A stretch of 64,000 nucleotides of DNA, from positions 378,882,001 to 378,946,000 of the forward strand of contig OZ024740.1 of assembly GCA_964016885.1 (NCBI GenBank), read 5' to 3'. The notes under the pieces are model-generated. The model ran no database searches and had not been told where the DNA came from. It saw only the letters and a program-made list of their open reading frames with translations. A program made the translations under genes and the position numbers. Positions 44,581 to 61,850 of this stretch are shown in pieces. The number at the start of each line of letters is the position of its first letter. Position 1 is the first letter of the stretch. This DNA comes from Eledone cirrhosa (Eukaryota).

Positions 44581-44753
44581 CTAGGTGTGTAGGTGTATAT
44601 ATATGTCTAATATAACAGAAATTTTGCGTTCCTGTGTTGTTTTGTTTCCTTTATTAATTATATATATGTGTACATAATGTATATATGTATATATCTATAC
44701 ATATCTCTCCAACCAAATATGTATCTATCTATCTATATCTATATCTATATATA

Positions 44754-45268
<515 letters not shown>

Positions 45269-45412
45269 GATAAATTAACGGAGGCATAGGCCCTCGCTAT
45301 TCCCTGTAAATAATGTGCTCAAAGGAGAAGAGATCCTGAGCTCTTTATATATATATATAATTGGAAAAAATGAAATTTCATTTCTCACTCTTAGTACGGC
45401 TGATACACACTG

Positions 45413-45450
<38 letters not shown>

Positions 45451-45785
45451 CTTGCTCACATCTCACACACATCAACACGGTATGTACCTCTCTCGCTCAT
45501 GAAATCCACCCAGTTATGCTGACCGGACAACCATGTTGCTTGTTTATTTTCCTATCTTCGGTTTTATCTTTCTATGTTGTTTACTTGCCCCCCTCGCCTT
45601 ACGCGAATTCTGGTCCCAATAACTTTTTTTAGTTATTGCTCGCACCAACCTGAGGTATATGATTTTTAATGCGATGAAATACCAATGATGGTTGGAAAAT
45701 CACTGACGAAGGACTATTTTTATCATATGTAACCCATGTGCAAACCACGTAGTATTCTTCTTTCTTCTCATGTTTTATATATAAA

Positions 45786-45992
45786 ACTGTTTATATTGTA
45801 TTTTGTCTGATGAAGGCATAGCATATTGTTAATATGATATCCCCGAAATATATATAATGAAATAAATATGGTTTTATAAATATAGTTTTCCATTTATTTA
45901 ATATTGTAAATATACTCCAAGTATTTGTCGAGTGCTTTTATATCAGTTATAAATATTTACTAGTTGTAACCCAACAATTTTAAATATAACTT

Positions 45993-45993
<1 letters not shown>
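45786..45993 (+). mobile_element. Solo PLE terminus of family H3 with hammerhead at 45799-45864
   Basis: Closely matches 10562-10768: tattttgt CTGATGA agg..ccc GAAA TATATA TA atgaaata. Confidence 0.8.
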
Positions 45994-46034
<41 letters not shown>

Positions 46035-46038
<4 letters not shown>

Positions 46039-46150
46039 TTTATGCCGGGTTAATGAGGGCTAACCACAGTAAGTAAGGTACTTAATACGCAGCAGAGTAT
46101 TTCTCCCGAATGAAACAGTTTTAGTCCTGTAGAAGCCATTTCTATATTAC
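46035..46150 (-). mobile_element. Deleted copy of cassette H1
   Basis: Tail TAACCACAGTAAGTAAGGTAC..GCAGAGTAT joined directly to TTTCTCCCGAATGAAACAG..CTGTAGAAGC. Confidence 0.7.
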
Positions 46151-46154
46151 ACAC

Positions 46155-46215
<61 letters not shown>

Positions 46216-46219
<4 letters not shown>

Positions 46220-46470
46220 TACTTGGGGAGGGTCATATTGTTGTAATAATATTGCCAGAAATAATAACAGAACACACTTACTGTTTGGTTGGTTTTCGCT
46301 TCTATATCTTTTATATCTTCACAGTTAATTCATTCGGTCCTCAATGTTTACCATTGACTGACAAACGGTCAAAATACAGATATGATATAGATATAAACAC
46401 ATATATATATTCTAACAAAGTTCTTTCGTTGCACATCTGCAACATCATCAGTGGTACTAATATGTTCCTC
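46216..46470 (-). mobile_element. H4-related terminus with minus-strand hammerhead at ~46412-46457
   Basis: Minus strand reads CTGATGA t gttgca gatg tgcaac GAAAG AA CTT; end GTTATACTTGGGGAGGGTCAT as at 11690. Confidence 0.65.
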
Positions 46471-46509
46471 CTGTTGTATATACATATATATCAAATATTT
46501 ATATATATA

Positions 46510-46694
46510 TAATTGTTTCTACTTTAGGCACAAGGGCAGCAATTATCCAGTACATTACTGGTACTTTATTTTATCGACCCCGTAAGGATGAAAGGCAAAG
46601 TTAACCTCGGCGAGATTGGAACTCAGAATGGCAAGGGCCGTAACTCTATGCGTCAAAGCATGGTGTCCGACTCTCTACTGATACTGCCAATCCA
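46510..46694 (-). mobile_element. SINE family A
   Basis: Match to the reverse complement of 925-1110. Confidence 0.85.
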
Positions 46695-46705
46695 CAGTAA
46701 TAATG

Positions 46706-46739
<34 letters not shown>

Positions 46740-46862
46740 GCGATTCTTTGCTTAAACTTTAATCTGTTATTTTAATAAATATATATACACACACGCACAC
46801 ATATATATATATATATATACATACATACACACACACACACACGCACGCACACGCACGCACAC

Positions 46863-46978
<116 letters not shown>

Positions 46979-47039
46979 GAAGATCGCATAAGATGAAATA
47001 ATTGTTCTCGGAATGCTGAACTAACTGTTGTGTTACTAC

Positions 47040-47104
<65 letters not shown>

Positions 47105-47150
47105 TATATATATATATCTATTGATCTATCTATCTATCTATCGATCTATC

Positions 47151-48766
47151 GACGGCCTCCGAAATCGAGGCGGTCGGCACCTTACTGGAGGAGTACGAAA
47201 AGTTCACAGGGGCTAAGCTGAACCGGGACAAGTCGATCGGTTTGCAACTCGGCACGTGGAGGGGCAGACCGATGCCCTCCGATAGCGTCGTCGGACGCTG
47301 GACGGAGGGCCCGGTGAAGTTGCTCGGGGTCTGGTTCGGACCGGACCTCCAGGTGGAGAAAAACTGGGCGGAGGTTACGAACAGGGTGTTTGCACTGACC
47401 CAGAAGTGGGCCAGTTGCAAACTATCCCTGAAAGGTCGGGCGGAGGTGGCGAACACCTACATAGCGTCCGTCATCTACTACCGCCTGACCGTAGTGCCCT
47501 GCCCAAGGGAAACCCTCACCAAGATGGAGCGCGCGCTCTTCCAATTCCTTTGGAAGAGGCGGGCTCCTATGGTGAGGAGATCCATCTGCTGTCAACACCC
47601 TTCGAAAGGAGGGCTGGGGATGCCGTGGCTAATGATGCGTAAACACGCATTAAGGCTACGGCACCTCTACGTATTCCTCACCGGACAACCGGTGTGGGCC
47701 TCGTTTGTGAGACGAACCTTTCCCAGACTCGTCTCACTCACCGAGCTGCAATCCTGGGTCAAGCAAAGACCGAGAAAACTGGGCGCCTGGCACACTGAGT
47801 GTGCCCAGGCGCTCACCGCCCTCTGGCAGGCGGATCCGGTTATCAGTGGAGACTCCACCGCAACATTCTATAGAGGGCTGGTACGCAGCAGGTGCGACGA
47901 CGCCCTCGGAGAAGCCCTAGACATGGAGGAGGACGAACTGGCCAGCCTGTTCGGTAGGACATTCAGCCCGGGACCTATGGACAACTTCCAGAAGTCCCTG
48001 GCCTGGCAGTGCTACCGAGGGGCTTTACCCGTTCGAGAAAGGCTCTACAGACACGGGCGCCCGGGTAGGGACCCCGCCAAAAAGATCTGTCCCAGATGCG
48101 TGTGCGACGAGGAAACCGTTGCACACGCATTAGTACACTGCTCGGGCGTAGCCGATCTGTGGGGCTATGTCGAACAACTGCTGTCAAGGGTGGGACCGAT
48201 CCGGTTGACCACCGAGTCTATTGTAATGATCAAGCCGCCTCCCCCCTTCAAAGATGAAGCAGAGGCGGTGTTTCTGTGCGTAATAGCCATGGCGAAAGAG
48301 GTTGTATGGTGGACGCGTCTGAAAGGACTGAGGTCGGGCACCTTTCTCTCTGGCCAACAACTGGTCCGTTTCTTCCGATATCATTTCGGAAGAAGGATCA
48401 GGATGGAGAGAGAGGTGCTGCACCCCAGCCGTTTCTATGAAAGATGGGTGAAAGTGGCGAGAATGGCCCGTGTGAATGGGCCTTCACTCTACATCAGACT
48501 ATAGGTGAGGAAGATGAAAGACCAAGGGAGCACCCCTTCTCTGTGCTCCTGAGGAGAAGGGTTGCACACTTTTTTCGGGGGTGTGTGCGACCCCCCAAGG
48601 CGCCTCCTCTCTATTGAGGATTTTGTTAAAAATTTTATTTTTTGTTATATCTTATTTTATTTTTATATTTTGTTATTGCCTCCTCCTTATTGAGGACGCC
48701 TTTTTGTGTAAACTCCCCCCTTTGTACTTGTCCCACTTTTGATGCCCTAGTGGCAAATAAAAGAAA
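47151..48766 (+). mobile_element. 5'-truncated Tx1/L1-clade LINE (RT end + C-terminal zinc finger + 3' UTR) with 22-bp TSD
   Basis: Open frame GAKLNRDKS..VKLLGVWF..LSLKGRAEVANTYIAS..KGGLGMP..CPRC..HALVHC (47242..48504); TSD TCTATCTATCTATCGATCTATC at 47129-47150/48767-48788. Confidence 0.9.
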
Positions 48767-48781
48767 TCTATCTATCTATCG

Positions 48782-48887
<106 letters not shown>

Positions 48888-48912
48888 ATAATGGTGGCAA
48901 ATAAAAAGAAAG

Positions 48913-48944
<32 letters not shown>

Positions 48945-48947
<3 letters not shown>

Positions 48948-50350
48948 GGGCGGTGGAATGGGACTCCCCCCCCAAAAAAAAAATGAATATATTTTCCCCC
49001 CAGACAACCAAAACATACATCTATTTGTATATGCGCTACAATTTATGTACATGTTATGTAGAGACAGATGGGAGGATAGATATAGATATAGAGAGGGGGA
49101 GAGTTTGGTAGTGATGGATAGAGTGAGAGAGAATGAGAGAGAGTGTTATATGGTAGATATAGAGATGGGAAGAGTTTGGTGGTAATTGATATAGAGAAGA
49201 AGGTTGGGTGAGTGTGTAGTATATTAGATATATAGATGGGGAGAGATTGATGTTTATTGATATAGAGAGAGGTATTGAGAGAGAGTTCTGTATAGTAGAT
49301 ATAGAGAGGGGATGAGTTTAGGCTTAATTGATATAGAGAGGGGTATTGGCAGAGAGTTACCAGTAGTAGATATAGAGAGGGGTAGAGTTTGGTGCTAATT
49401 TATATATAGAGAAGGAATGGGAGAGAGTTTCGTGTAGTAGATATAGAGATTGAGAGAGTTTGGTGGTAATGAATAGAGGGAGAGGATTGATAGAGATAGG
49501 TATTAATTCATATAGAGTAGGGAGATTTTGGTAGTGATGGATAGAGTGAGAGGGAATGAGTGTTGTATGGTAGATATAGAGAGGAAGATTGTTTGGTGGT
49601 AATTGATATAGAGATGGATATATTTAATGAATAGAGCGAGATGATTGATAGAGATAGGCCGTGTAGTAGACATAGAGAAGGGAAGAGTATGTTAGTGATA
49701 GATAGAGTGAGAGGGGATGAGAGAGAGTGATGTATGGGAGATATAGAGAGGGGCTTGGGAGAGAATTCTGCGTAGTAGAGAAGTGAGAATTTGATGCTAA
49801 TTGATATCGAGAGGAGTATTGAAAGAGCGTTCCGTGTACTAGATATAGAGAGGGGGAGAGTTTGGAGTTAATTGATATAGAGAGGGGTATTCAGAGACAG
49901 TGTTGTATGGTTGATGTAGAGAGGGGGAGAGTTTGGTAGTAATGAATTGAGTGAGAGGATTGATAGAGATAGGTATTGATAGATATAGAGAGGGGGATTG
50001 GAAGAGAGTTCCGTGTAGTAGAAGTAGTAGAGAGGGGCGAGTTTGGTTTTAATTGATATAGAGAGGGGGAGAATTTGATGATTGTAGATATACTGAGAGA
50101 TAATGGAAGAGTGCCGTGTAGTAGATATAGAAAGGGGGAGAGTTTAGGGGTGATTGGTATACAGAGGGGGATTGGGAGTGAGAAGTGCAGATATCTATAG
50201 AGAGTAAGAGAGTGTATTAGTCTTAGATATAGAGAGTGGGATAAGAGAGGCGGTGTCGTGGTAGAATTTGGTTTTAGAGAGGGGTTGAGTTTGGTTTTAG
50301 TAGATAAAAGAGAGTTTTATGTGATAGACACAGAGAGGAGAGTTTGGTGG
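48945..50350 (+). repeat. MITE-like left end followed by a 1.3-kb GA-rich minisatellite (~30-bp subunits)
   Basis: CAGGGGCGGTGGAA start as at 32081; repeated GTAGATATAGAGAGGGGGAGAGTTTGGT / AATTGATATAGAGAG. Confidence 0.75.
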
Positions 50351-50351
50351 C

Positions 50352-50702
50352 ACTCTCAGGTCTGAAATAATAGGAGAGGTGGCAATAATGGGGTGACGTG
50401 GTGGTGGTTTGTATAGTATAGTGTACGTTCGTAAATATGGGATTTCTTATAATGTTCCTCTTTTGTCATATATAATGTTTTTTTTTAATGTAAAATAAAA
50501 TAATTATTAGATTCTCCAGCTGCTATATCAATATGAATCACTTACTATAAAATTTCGCCGAAGATAGATCAGCGGAATTAAATAAGCGGGTGGGGTGGGA
50601 TTGTGGCGTTGGAATAAAACCCAGGGGGGGGGGGAGGAGCATTAGAAAAGATCTGACAAATTAATAAGTGGGGGTGGGGACGATTATTCAAGACCTGAGA
50701 GT
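50352..50702. mobile_element. MITE
   Basis: TIRs ACTCTCAGGTCTGAAATAAT / ATTATTCAAGACCTGAGAGT. Confidence 0.6.
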
Positions 50703-50759
50703 ACGTGAATTATTGAAAGAAAGAAAGAAAACTCAATACAGAAGTAGAATTTAAGTATT

Positions 50760-50890
50760 CCTTTATTATGGCTAAGCCTTGTTAATCTGGAGTCTCACCT
50801 GTGTACATCGGATCATCAGACAAGACTGGTGATCCTGTGAGTACGCAGGGGAAACTTTAGAGTAACAAAGCTCACCAATAGCGATAAAAA
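50760..50890 (-). mobile_element. Decayed fold-back hammerhead cassette
   Basis: Minus 50778-50824 reads cttgt CTGATGA t cc..gg t GAGAC..TA acaag; the plus arm has GAAACTTTAGAGTAACAAAG. Confidence 0.5.
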
Positions 50891-50893
50891 TGA

Positions 50894-50945
<52 letters not shown>

Positions 50946-51919
50946 TTAAGGATACTATTTATGTTTATGTATATACTAAAACCTTTTATAGTTATATATA
51001 TTTTATACCCTAAATAGTGAAAGACAGTAATTTATTACTATCTTATTACCCGTAAGATAGAAGGTAATCATCCTAATATGTACACCTTTAGTACTTCTTG
51101 ATAGACTAAACTGTAATTTATAGATAAGATACTTAAATTTAGAAATTGTTTATAACCTTATATGATAGGAACACATTTGAGACACCATTAATGTACTTTA
51201 GGATAATAAATTTAGCTATAGAAATCAGCTAGTTACCTCCCCTTACGCATTAACTCCCCTTAATCACACACACACTTCCGGAATATAATACGATGTCAAC
51301 TCTCACAACAAAAACAACCTGCTCTATAGAATCGAACTAAAGAACGACAAGCTGTGATGTTCTAGCATGATTCACCAGGCACCCAATGTTGAATCATCGT
51401 GGATTGTGAGATGGACATGTAGTCTATAAATTGCGTTTCCTGGATTGTGAGAGTGGTGCTGTTTTACTTCTCATTTGTAATATTTTTGATATTTTTGGTG
51501 TTTCTCTACACACGGGATTCTATATCGTACAGGTGTGTGTGATAATGCTTTATCAGTACAGCCACCATGATGCTCTTGATTGCCTGCTTTGACTGCTTGT
51601 TTTACATGTAACAATCTGCCGCACTATAATCTTGTATAAATAGGACACGCGTGCATGCCACACGTGTGACTGTTGCATACACTGGCTACTCCAAACTTTC
51701 CTCTTGCTTTATCTTAGTAAACTGCCAATGTTTTATTTTAATTTTAATTTTAATTTTAACTTTAATTTGTCCTTTAATATGACTGTAATCTTTGTATGTA
51801 AATTACCATGCTATATTATTATAATGGATGTCAACCCACTCTGGGTCAATATATACATATGTTTCTATATGTCTCTTATGCTGAAAAGGAGGTCAAGTAT
51901 GTTAAAAATCACTGAATAA

Positions 51920-51968
51920 TTGCTCCGAAGATTCCAAACCTCGGTTTGGAAGAAACAATTGTAAGCAA
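51920..51968 (+). ncRNA. Minimal hammerhead in 5' pseudo-LTR (core variant CCGAAGA)
   Basis: ttgct CCGAAGA ttccaaacc tc ggtttggaa GAAAC AATT GTA agcaa. Confidence 0.75.
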
Positions 51969-52217
51969 ATAAATGATTTAAACAGAACTTTGATTCATGT
52001 AATCTCTATATAACTGCTCTGTAAAACAACTGATGTTGTTACATTGAGCTATTTATCTTACGGGTAATAAGATAGTAATACATTACTGTCTTTCACTATT
52101 TAGGGTATAAAATATATATAACTATAAAAGGTTTTAGTATATACATAACCATAAATAGTATCCTTAATACTATTAACTGCTCCATACTGTTGAGCTGACA
52201 TACAATAAATTACCACT

Positions 52218-54660
52218 ATGCTGATCAAAGACCAACTCCCTATGTCAACCAAGAACATACCAATACCATCCAAAAATACATATGAAAAATTATTGATCGA
52301 CAGTGTAAATTCCTTTATCAATAGAGTGAGATGGAGGACATTCCATTATGATAAAAACAAATCTAACAAGGTTAATAATACTAACAAATTTGACTCCTTC
52401 GGCTTTAAAACCTTTAGAAGCCCGCCTCATAACATACTACTAAACTCCTTTGAAAATGACCTAATAAAACTAGTTAAGAATATTAAATACAAAAAGCACC
52501 GTAATAAAAACAACACCTTCTTAAACAAACTTAGCACCTCTATTAATGATTTCAAAACTAGTAATAAAATTATTGTACATGCGGACAAAACTAATAACAT
52601 ATACAGCCTAGATTATAATACTTATAGAAAGTTTATATATAATGAACTACATAAAAGCTACAAGAAAACCACTATGAAAAACTTAGAAGATATTAATATG
52701 GAAGGCTATAATATAGTGTCCAAACTAGGACTTCAGAGACATACACAACCATATACCCCCCCCCCTAGATTCTCTCTGAAGGACCATAAGGAGGACTTCA
52801 TTAGCAACCCCTCGATTAGACTTATCTGCCCTTCCATGTCTGACATTGGCATTATCAGTAAGAAAATTTTAGATAAAATCATCCCACAGATTAAACACAA
52901 GATATACCTTAAACAGGTGAAGTGATTGAATGGTTCAAAGATATCAAGGATAACAAGGATAAAAAGTTTATTCAATTTGATATCAATTCATACTACACCT
53001 CTATTTCCCCTATCCTATTAAATAAGGCACTTATCATGGCCATGGACAATAGTGACCTGACTAGACCCCAGATTGATGTCATACTTGCGGCCCGTAAAAC
53101 AGTAATCACCTTTGAAGACCAATTATGGACCCGCAAGGATACGCAAAACAACTTCGACATAACCCTGGGATCTAGTGACTCGGCGCAGGTCACTGATTTA
53201 GTCGGCCTATATTTACTTAACGAAATCCATAAGGACCTTCCATACCTCAACGGTGGTTTGTACCGCGATGATGCACTTCTACTTATAGAATTATAAAAAA
53301 TTCAATATAGAAAGAACTAGAAAACTATTGCACAAGACATTCAAAAACTATAACCTTAGTATTACCATGGACAAAAACACTAAAAACGTTAACTTCCTGG
53401 ACGCCTTTCTACCTAGACTCAAAGATATATGCACCTTTCCACAAACCTAATGAAAAACTCATTTACGTAGATACCAAGTCTAACCACCCTAGATCTATAT
53501 TAAACTCTATCTCTAAGGGAATATCTAATAGAATCTCTAATCTATCCTATGACGTAAACATATTTAGCAAAAACTCGCAATATTATAATCAGGCATTAGC
53601 TAGATCAGGCCATAATATAGAGATCGAGTTCCTACCTACAAAAACACATAGCTACAACATTATTTCGCACAACATGTCCATGAGGAAATTTAGTAATAGG
53701 AATAGCAACCACACACACACTAATACGGAGGATGCCAACAAAAGTAACCCACACCACAGAAATTACCATAGTACCATAAAAAGAAGCAACTCACCAGACA
53801 TAAAAAACAAAAATAGAAGAAGAAATAATACATTTTTCAACCCTCCTTTCAATCTAAACGTCTCTACCAACCTACCTAGGGCTTTCTTCTCACTACTAGA
53901 TAAAAACTTCCCATCCGGCCACAAGTACCATAGCCTTTTAAACAAAAACACTATTAAAATCTCCTACTCTACTACGCCTAACATAGCATACCACATAGCT
54001 AGTAGCAATAAAAGAACAATTAATTCTTACTTCCAGCAAACTAAATCACAACAGACGATAAACCTTCAAAATAACATTATAGCAACTAACCCTAATATCA
54101 ATAGAAATAATAGTAATAGCACTAGTGTAAACAATAACACCGGGAACGTCAACCCACATAACCATAACCCTATAGCTACCATCCAGACTTCTACACAACA
54201 TAATAACCGGCAGACTAACACCCAGAATAATTGTAACTGTAGATCAAATAGAACCTGCCCTTTAGATAAAAAATGCTTAACCAACGATATCATATACTCA
54301 TGCACAGTCACAACTAGCAACTCTTCTGAAACCTATATAGGCTCTACTTCAAACTGCTTCAAAACCAGATACAATTCGCACCTCCACTCTTTCAAAAAAC
54401 ACAGTCTAGCCAACTCTACTTCACTATCTAGCTACATACACTATCTAAAAACTAAAAATAAACCATATACACTTAAATGGGAAGTGATAGGTAACGCGAC
54501 ATCGTACAAACCACCTAGTAAATTTTGTAAACTCTGTCTACTAGAGACCCATACTATCATCTTCTCAAACCATAACCTCCTTAATAAAAAATCAGAAGTG
54601 TTCGCGTCTTGTCAACACCGCTTCCGACACTCCTTCCAAAACTTTAAACCCAATATATAA
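52218..54660 (+). pseudogene. PLE RT + GIY-YIG polyprotein, frameshifted
   Basis: RVRWRTF, ADKTNNIY, SLKDHK..RLICP; FIQFDINSYYTSI, GSSDSAQVTDLVG, LYRDDAL; NFLD, KSNHP; CNCRSNRTCPL, IIYSC..YIGST, CKLC, SCQH. Breaks near 52920, 53290 and ~53410. Confidence 0.9.
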
Positions 54661-56155
54661 CAATGTCAGACTCGTCACCACCTCTAGCAACAATCATCAG
54701 GGGCACACCTTACACATCATCTCCACACCCATTAACCCACTTTAACGCAAATAGTGACATCCTCCTAGTACCTTTTACCCTAGAGATATCCCCATGTACT
54801 TCTACTTTTGGTATATTGGCCTTCAATTACTTAGACTACATTACACCAATATATAATTAATGTAAACTTTAAGCACGGAATTGGTTGTGCTAACATTGTC
54901 CTGTGTATGTAGTGCCATCATTGGATAAATGGAAGATTAAGTAATTAATTTATTAACATAAAAGAGCTATATAATCTATATGCTGAGTGCAATTAATTAT
55001 GTACAGGTGATGTATGAGTTATAAATACATGTATGACTTGATGGTCAGATTAGTGTCTTTGTAAGTGAGAATTGTTCTCTGGACTACCCTAGTGATATTT
55101 AACTTTGCCAAGCAATCAGACATGCGATGACCCAGAGCTTACCAGGAGTCATATATAGAACTGATTCTAATAAGACCCTGCCAGGTTCTGCGGGTGGACT
55201 ACACTTACAAAGATCATTGATTTGGAGATCTGACTCTTCATGTGGAATATTCGGTGGTGGCACTCTATGATAGAAGGTAATCATCCTAATATGAACACCT
55301 TTAGTACTTCTTGATAGACTACACTGTAATTTATAGATAAGATACTTAAATTTAGAAATTGTTTATAACCTTATATGATAGGAACACATTTGAGACACCA
55401 TTAATGTAATTTAGGATAATAAATTTAGCTATGAAAATCAGCTAGTTACCTCCCCTTACGCATTAACTCCCCTTAATCACACGCACACTTCCGGAATATA
55501 ATACGATGTCAACTCTCACAACAAAAACAACCTGCTCTATAGAATCGAACTAAAGAACGACAAGCTGTGATGTTCTAGCATGGTTCACCAGGCACCCAAT
55601 GTTGAATCATCGTGGATTGTGTGATGGACATGTAGTCTATAAATTGCGCTTCCGGGATTGTGAGAGTGGTGGTGTGTACGAGGACAGTGGTGGTGTTTTA
55701 CTTCTCATTTGTAATATTTTTGATATTTTTGGTGTTTCTCTACACACGGGTTTCTATATCGTACAGGTGTGTGTGAATAATGCTTTACCAGTACAGCCCC
55801 CATGATGCTCTTGATTGCCTGCTTTGACTGCTTGTTTTACATGTAACAATCTGCCGCACTATAATCTTGTATAAATAGGATACGCGTGCATGCCACACGT
55901 GTGACTGTTGCATACACTGGCTACTCCAAACTTTCCTCTTGCTTTATCTTAGTAAACTGCCAATGTTTTATTTTAATTTTAATTTTAATTTTAACTTTAA
56001 TTTTGTCCTTTAATATGACTGTAATCTTTGTATGTAAATTACCATGCTATATTATTATAATGGATGTCAACCCACTGTGGGTCAATATATACATATGTTT
56101 CTATATGTCTCTTATGCTGAAAAGGAGGTCAAGTATGTTAAAAATCACTGAATAA

Positions 56156-56204
56156 TTGCTCCGAAGATTCCAAACCTCGGTTTGGAAGAAACAATTGTAA
56201 GCAA
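56156..56204 (+). ncRNA. Minimal hammerhead in 3' pseudo-LTR
   Basis: Identical to 51920-51968. Confidence 0.75.
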
Positions 56205-56235
56205 ATAAATGATTTAAACAGAACTTTGATTCATG

Positions 56236-56651
<416 letters not shown>

Positions 56652-56708
56652 TTATATATATATATAATATATATAATATAATAATATATATAAATATATA
56701 TATATATA

Positions 56709-57230
56709 TAACTTTGAATAACTTTGAAATGTTTTGGCCAGTATTGGCCCAGGCCATGTCTAACTTAATAGCACCACCTGGCGAAGTCTTTCAATTCAGG
56801 ATTTGGGCACCATGGCCCATTCGAGAAGAGAATTACTGTTTGCGGAGACATATCCGGGTGTGGGTGGTTTGTCCGGGATTACTTGGAGGAATTTGTCCAA
56901 AGACTTCTTGAATTTTGTGTGGTCAGTTTCTGTTTTGACGTGTCCTGGTGTGATGTTGAAGAGAGCAGGGCCGATTGAGGTGAAATAATTGTGCCGTATT
57001 GTTGTTATGAGTTGCGATTTAGATTTTTGAATGGGACGGATAGCACGGGGCCCAAGCCTTGGGTGTATCTTGAAGGCGATGCCAACATCATTTGGGCAGT
57101 GATGATGGAACATTTTCCACATCATGCAGATAATATAACGCTCACGGCGACGTTGGAGTGAGTAAAGTTTCAGGTTTTCCAATCGACCCCAGTAGTCAAG
57201 GTCTGACATGCCATCTATCTTTTTCGTGAT
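56709..57230 (-). mobile_element. CR1/L2-like LINE 3' end, cut by the assembly gap
   Basis: [51 protein letters not shown]. Confidence 0.8.
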
Positions 57231-57430
57231 NNNNNNNNNNNNNNNNNNNNNNNNNNNNNNNNNNNNNNNNNNNNNNNNNNNNNNNNNNNNNNNNNNNNNN
57301 NNNNNNNNNNNNNNNNNNNNNNNNNNNNNNNNNNNNNNNNNNNNNNNNNNNNNNNNNNNNNNNNNNNNNNNNNNNNNNNNNNNNNNNNNNNNNNNNNNNN
57401 NNNNNNNNNNNNNNNNNNNNNNNNNNNNNN
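57231..57430. other. Assembly gap (200 N)
   Basis: Run of n. Confidence 1.
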
Positions 57431-59965
<2,535 letters not shown>

Positions 59966-59966
<1 letters not shown>

Positions 59967-60137
59967 ATGCCGGGTTCAATCGGGTGGTAAAGACAGTACT
60001 CAATACATAGCAGAGTATAAATATTTAATATAGAAAAGTCTTCTACGGGACTGGAACTGTTTCATTCGAAGGAAATCCCTGGGCTTTCCTGATGATTTCC
60101 TTTGAATGAAATAGTTCCAGTCCCGTAGAAGACATTT

Positions 60138-60147
<10 letters not shown>
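59966..60147 (-). mobile_element. Fold-back hammerhead cassette, family H1 (plus-strand core 60084-60132)
   Basis: Same layout as 4961-5155: tail GTACTCAATACATAGCAGAGTATAA, then arms, then GGGCTTTC CTGATGA TTTCCTTTGAAT GAAA. Confidence 0.75.
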
Positions 60148-60197
<50 letters not shown>

Positions 60198-60799
60198 GGT
60201 ATACATATATATATAAACATATATGTATACCTATATGCATACACACGCACATATACATGCACGTAAACTAACAAATGTATATATCGATGTAATTTAGGTA
60301 AGCTCTGATTTTTATATTACAATCGTTTCAGATATGAATTTTATGTGAGAGAAAGTTCATGTATAAACAAATACAAATATGGCAATATTTTATTTACTTG
60401 TGGAGTTGAACAAAATCAAAATGAAGAGGAGACACAGATGGCCAAAATAGTTATTGAGGTCTTAGAACGTATAACGAAAAAGCTTTGACAACTAAATAAC
60501 CTTTCAGTTACTAAACTAACCGAGGAATGGATAAATTACCTGATTAATATTAAAACTGAAATGAAATTGAACTACCACGCGTGTGTTTACTGGCAGCAAG
60601 ACCGTCCCAAAGATTAACACACGATTTCACATCAGAACATCTTGAAAAACAAACACAAAACAAAGTTTTAGAAGTAATATAAATATATAATTTGAAATAT
60701 ACTATTTGGTGCTAAATCAATGATGGAGTTTATAAATATATAACGAACATTGTTTATTACATTCATTTTGGTGCAGTTAATATTGTTAATTTTTAATGG

Positions 60800-61850
60800 T
60801 TTTGTCAGAATGAAGAGTTATATATCATTTGCAGGCTCTTCCAAAGCAATGAGATCTTGAAGATTTGCAGACTGACAGCTGAAGGAGAAAATGCGTGAGG
60901 AGGATATTTGTGACGAGTTGGTGTTTTGGGGGTGGAAAAATAGGGCAATGTGATTAAAACAGAGTTGGCCGGGATATGGTAAAAACAAGAATTTTTGACA
61001 GGTCTTGAGGAAGATGCAGTACCCATGGTCTTCGCAGGTTAGACTGGAGAGATCGATGCAATTAATGTTGTGCTTTAATCTTTGCGTGTTGACCCTTGCA
61101 GGAAAGACATGACCATGGAGGAAGTTTTAAAGGGCTGACATTCTTGTTAGGAAGGACTGAACGGAGTGGTAAGCGCGGGCTGTTGAGGGTGGGGGTGGAA
61201 ACCACAGGGTGTTGAGAGGAGAAGAAACGAGTGAGCTGGAAGTGATGGAGTGGGGGTGATATGGAACCAGAATGCTGCGAAGAGTAGAGACCATCGTCGT
61301 AGCGGTAAACAAAGCTATAGATTACTGGTTGAAGTGTATTGGTGACTCCATTCCAACCAACTGAATGGCTTTCTTTTGGGTTTGTTCAAATAAATTCACG
61401 AGTAAACAGCAGCAGTTTCAGATGTGGGAATATTATTATATAACCTAAAACTAAGTAGAGAGAGTCAGGAATTGTTTGATCCTTAAATATGTTTTGGTTC
61501 TGAAGACATACCTGTAAATGGTTCAGTAGGCGTCTCTGACGGATGAAGAGGGAAGTATATTTGCTGACAGAGATAGTGAACATCGATCGCTTATTTGACT
61601 TAAACTGTTAAAGAGCATAGAAGGAGCACTAGAGCCAAGAGGTATTGTGGATATTGATATCACTAAGAACAATTACTTAAATATGAACAATTAAAGTGAA
61701 ATAGATGTCCTTGGTGTAGGATGAGAGATGGTCGATATCTGTAGAAGTTTGGGGAGTAGTAGAGGCAGGAGATGGAATTAGATATTTCCTACCACTTTAT
61801 ACCATTGAAAAACTCATGTTCATCTTACTGATTTCATGATACCAAGGGGA
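60800..61850 (-). pseudogene. Possible very old retroelement relic (PLE-like)
   Basis: Weak RT-like words near 61640-61770 (YYSP..IDHLSSYTKDIYF..LSDINIHNT); no intact motif. Confidence 0.25.

Noticed and set aside
52218-54660. Selenocysteine or readthrough recoding as in some Naiad PLEs
   Set aside because: The breaks are frameshifts rather than in-frame UGA codons at Cys positions, and the endonuclease is C-terminal.
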